The notes beneath the pieces are model-generated. The model made no database searches, had not been told where the DNA came from, and was given only the letters and a program-made list of their open reading frames with translations. Shown here piece after piece: positions 61,401 through 64,000 of a stretch of DNA of 64,000 nucleotides (position 1 is its first letter; each line of letters starts with the position of its first letter). The translations under genes and the position numbers were made by a program. Origin of the DNA: Planctomycetota bacterium (lineage in GTDB: Bacteria; Planctomycetota; UBA1135); the NCBI GenBank assembly GCA_045047305.1, contig JASFYO010000029.1:32001-96000 (forward strand), written 5' to 3'.

Positions 61401-62446
61401 GATACCAGCCTTACACCGCTCCGGTAATTTTCAGCCGCCAGTTCGGTGACTGCAAAGACAAGGGGATTTTGATCCGCGCCATGCTCTCCGAAATTGGTGT
61501 AGAGGCTTACCCAGTACTGATTTTGCGCACTGCGGATGGACGCCATGGCGGACGTCGCTTTGAGGAAGACCTCTCACTCGCCATGGTGAATCACTTCAAC
61601 CACTGCATTGCCTACATTCCAGCACAGCAGGATTTACCTGCCATGTTCGTCGATGGAACCGCGCGTTTGCACCCCATGAATGTGCTCCCCTACGATGACC
61701 GTGGCGCGCAAGTCCTGATTGTGAAGCCGGATGGCATTGAACGGGTGCGTATCCCGTTTAGCGAGGCTTCCGATAACACCATGGCGCAGAACTTCATTGT
61801 GGAATATGAAGCTACGGGCGCAGCTCATGTCGGCCTCATTATGGAACCCAGCGGACGTTTCGATCCTAGCCTACGTAATGCCTTTGCCGGTGGCGTGGAA
61901 GAACGCAAAGAAACTGTAGAACGCATCCTAACCGGACTTTTAGGGCCATTAGAGGGGGAGCCTACTTACGACATCCCAGACGTTGAAAACCTTGAACAAA
62001 ATTTGGTCCTAATTCTCGAGGGTCAAGCCACCAACTTAGCACGCAAAATCCAAGGTGGCTTGGAGATTCCATTCATTCTTGAGCGCCAAGGATTGCTGCA
62101 GTCCATGGCTGCGGAAGCTGCGCGCACTACCGACTTGTTGCTAGACTCTCCGATGGTCCGCGATATTCAATATGAAATCGTACTTCCAGACGGATGGACC
62201 CTCGACATTCCTTCCACCGCGATTCATGGTGCCACCGAGGATGCCACCTATCGATGGGAAATTGAAACGCTGGATGGCGGCAGCTATCGGGTACACGAAC
62301 GTTTCGAACTCCTCACCCACCGCATCCCCGTAGAACGCTACCAAGACTTCAGAGACCTCTGTCGTCTCGTCGATAGCACCCAAGACCGTTTCTTCGACGC
62401 CACCGCCCCACCCCCGGCGCAAGTCTCTGAGGAGGACCAGCAATGA
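58493..62446 (+). CDS. Large lipoprotein: beta-sandwich + TPRs + DUF3857-like + transglutaminase-like domain
   Basis: Lipobox LGAC; GDCKDK (Cys), FNHCI (His), FVDGT (Asp); LQVGDVIDLEW; start ATG 58493 rather than the overlapping ORF start 58154. Confidence 0.85.
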   Translation: MRTPFRLVFLSLLGACTSGAPSPYAQDTTSGRWEISLAEASATQEPATTTDQGDAKTQQPSATAPPPPTEEDAYALNIHQDGVAAAQLYAHLMRQEVDALELARHPLEPDTAPDEVQIAAQLAELEWLAVNFTDTVGEHPNHAQVQRLIASTGINRSHGQAWSVLQWEHPDRVALLGRLTDWQFIGPFDNERGAALDNPIAPESAPQADLPQQGKVRTVTWRTTPETVPTGALLDFSQLLQPAEQSALLMRTWVESDAEQEVVLLLGLDGEVRVWHDGTPILEAQEQHKFHADALATPLKLHAGWNEITMKLGSRDHAPRIMARFVNPEAIPLHLTHTSSPPEEVQPVLLGDGPAPASDPSTYTNALAYYTAISKVSPENAQAFYRLAELQAYYQVTPIAQHPGRENARRAMELAPDVVRYRAFYAYTLFPQHGTSAAEVDLNPWLEQTQLVLAQKPNHPLVNFFRAQAATQYQHLESTALAAIDRVVAACAARPSTLFFRSQVLSAFGYDLLADQDLRAMLAHPQASSLPEFAFQAADSLYPSGSEELLRILQELHQASPFSSEILRSLLYERRLQRNTFDAELELAELDDMLALDPWNGWLRLASAERFQSQGDLETAFRLVQEALALKPESAPALGLLARLHLANDNLEGAVEALEMELEIDFAAEDESRLLDHLRSLDGASFEQPYRESLDAIIARHPEASAEEDATDYSHEFLLYRSVIRINPDSTADRYFRKVIRVLNNNGIRKLDVVSFPYSYGDEDLRVETVTVRHADGTEESARTARGWRGRRVDLPQLQVGDVIDLEWRVDDLHTTFFGKYFGLNHAMTPNRLVPTRESQLVLLVPQELPLKFHTLRMENSEAEVLETENFGTSHSWTVLNLSPERLESLMPPSEETVARVQASSYATWDDFGAWWWNLIDAGITVSPEMKDKVAELIEGKTSLREKVSAIYGFVANDIRYNAWEFGVHGYQPYTAPVIFSRQFGDCKDKGILIRAMLSEIGVEAYPVLILRTADGRHGGRRFEEDLSLAMVNHFNHCIAYIPAQQDLPAMFVDGTARLHPMNVLPYDDRGAQVLIVKPDGIERVRIPFSEASDNTMAQNFIVEYEATGAAHVGLIMEPSGRFDPSLRNAFAGGVEERKETVERILTGLLGPLEGEPTYDIPDVENLEQNLVLILEGQATNLARKIQGGLEIPFILERQGLLQSMAAEAARTTDLLLDSPMVRDIQYEIVLPDGWTLDIPSTAIHGATEDATYRWEIETLDGGSYRVHERFELLTHRIPVERYQDFRDLCRLVDSTQDRFFDATAPPPAQVSEEDQQ

Positions 62447-64000
62447 TCGCATGCCTAGCTCTGTCTGCTCTGCTTCTACAAACCCCTGTAGAGGTTATTG
62501 AGGAAGTACCGCAAACCCCCAACTTGGCGATTCCAAGTTTCGCGGTCGATACCAGTCAGTTAAGCGCCAAGCTGCTGACTGCTCACCCAGGTTTGTTCTC
62601 CGGTCAGTACGATCAAGTACGCGCCGACTGGATGACTGCGCTGAGTAACGACCGTTCCTCGCCCTTCGCTGAACTTGCTGCACGCAAAATCAGCCAACTA
62701 GAGTCCTTATGCAGCGAAGGTATCAACCCTTCCGCACTCGCCAACTTGATTGAAGGCGTCGACGATGGCGACACTTCCTTTGCGCTAAAACGCCTTTACC
62801 TGCAGGAACTACGGCGTAGTCGCTTTGCCGACGTCCGCCCAGTCTTCGATGGCGATCTGTTCGACGACTGGTTCACCCATTGGCGCGTCCTGATGCCTTG
62901 GGGGCCACTTGCTGCTCCGCGTGCCATGAGAAGCTTGGCCACGCCTCCAGATCCGCGTCAAGCAGTGGTCACCGACCCGAGCAATGGCATGGAGCGTCAA
63001 TGGCGCAGTCTTCAGCGTCTTCCAAACCGCACCCTAATCTCCCCGGACAACTTGGCGCACTTACAGGCTGGAACCAGCTATGCCGCCCTTTGGGTTCGTG
63101 CCGATGTCGACATCGCGAAGCTTGAACTTCATGCAAGCGATGCATTTCGCGCCTGGTGGAACGGTTTTCCGACCTTCGAAGACCTCCACACCGGCCTGAC
63201 TGCATCCAAGGGTATTCACCGTGCCTTAGTCCACGTGCAGCCAGGCTGGAACTTGCTCTTGGTCGAGTTTGTCACTGGATCAAAAATGCGGCTGGGTGGC
63301 CGTCTCACCAGTCGCGAGGGTCGCATCATTCCTTTCCATGAGTGGGAGGACTATGCCTCTGCACCGGAGCTTCCAGAGATTCCAATGCCCGCCGAAGTCT
63401 TCGGCCTCAACAAATGGCAGCCCAGTGAACTCGATGCATTCTCCCTGATGGCGCGCAGTGAAATGGCAATCATCGCAGGTCGTTCGGCTGATGCTATGGC
63501 ACTCGCCAAGCCGGCGGAGATGGACAAAGAAACCCAAGCTGCATGGTTGCATGCGCGCCACCATGCTGTTGCCACTTGCAATCACTTGCCTGGCGCAGTG
63601 CGTCGCAACCGCCTGATGACCTTGGAACAGGACATGATAGCACTTGGTTTCTTCGACCTCCAACTGCAACTAGCTGCGGTACGTCGTTTGGACAGCGAAG
63701 ACAAAGCCGAAGAAGCTTTGGCAATTCTGGATGGATTCGACTTTTCCCAGCATCCCGGTCTGCTTTCCGTCGGCCTTTTACGCGCAGAAATCCTCCACAC
63801 CTTGGATACCAGCGGAACACTTTCAAAACCAGTGCTTCTTGCTCTCCATCAGCAGTTCCCATTGGTCGATGCACCCTTGGATCAACTGCAGGACATTGCC
63901 GCGGACCATGATGACCGTGGCACCGAAATCGCCCTTGCACGAAAACGCTTGGCCACCACGGGTGCCAATGCAAATGCTTTGCTGCCGCTACTTGTCGAGG
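62443..64000 (+). CDS. Large secreted protein, partial; probable paralog/partner of the upstream protein
   Basis: Manual translation is open to the window end: MIACLALSALLLQTP...THWRVLMPWGP...FRAWWNG...VQPGWNLLLVEF; GAGGAGG SD and ATGA overlap. Confidence 0.8.
   Translation, partial: MIACLALSALLLQTPVEVIEEVPQTPNLAIPSFAVDTSQLSAKLLTAHPGLFSGQYDQVRADWMTALSNDRSSPFAELAARKISQLESLCSEGINPSALANLIEGVDDGDTSFALKRLYLQELRRSRFADVRPVFDGDLFDDWFTHWRVLMPWGPLAAPRAMRSLATPPDPRQAVVTDPSNGMERQWRSLQRLPNRTLISPDNLAHLQAGTSYAALWVRADVDIAKLELHASDAFRAWWNGFPTFEDLHTGLTASKGIHRALVHVQPGWNLLLVEFVTGSKMRLGGRLTSREGRIIPFHEWEDYASAPELPEIPMPAEVFGLNKWQPSELDAFSLMARSEMAIIAGRSADAMALAKPAEMDKETQAAWLHARHHAVATCNHLPGAVRRNRLMTLEQDMIALGFFDLQLQLAAVRRLDSEDKAEEALAILDGFDFSQHPGLLSVGLLRAEILHTLDTSGTLSKPVLLALHQQFPLVDAPLDQLQDIAADHDDRGTEIALARKRLATTGANANALLPLLVE

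Overview
A 64 kb gene-dense chromosomal segment from a bacterium of moderate GC content. The many large TPR/HEAT secreted proteins and lipoproteins suggest Planctomycetota, but this is an inference. The housekeeping genes are suhB-like, dacB, galE, aroA, purC, mnmG, tig-clpP-clpX, rlmN, lat, rnpA-yidD, trpS, thiC, ubiD-family, leuS, tRNA-Ala(GGC), lysS and a lolE-D-C-like ABC transporter. They are interspersed with secreted peptidases, hydrolases and uncharacterised envelope proteins. No transposase, prophage or CRISPR array was seen. The most interesting element is a non-canonical SOS mutagenesis operon at 53.0-58.4 kb on the - strand. It encodes lexA, a small S24-fold (LexA-CTD/UmuD'-like) protein lacking the catalytic Ser/Lys, a Y-family polymerase with intact catalytic motifs plus clamp-binding and RecA-NT-like tails, and dnaE2. 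It has no imuA or imuB, and a candidate new operator (TGATA-N2-TATCA) lies inside the lexA promoter. A second window-wide signal is that about 14 genes have a TAnnnT -10 hexamer 5-7 nt before the start codon, suggesting pervasive leaderless transcription; this includes a 14-bp palindromic bidirectional -10 shared by aroA and purC. Other observations include a pseudo-M1 peptidase, gene relics, a Gln+1 bias after signal peptides and a tandem pair of giant TPR envelope proteins (the first with a transglutaminase domain).
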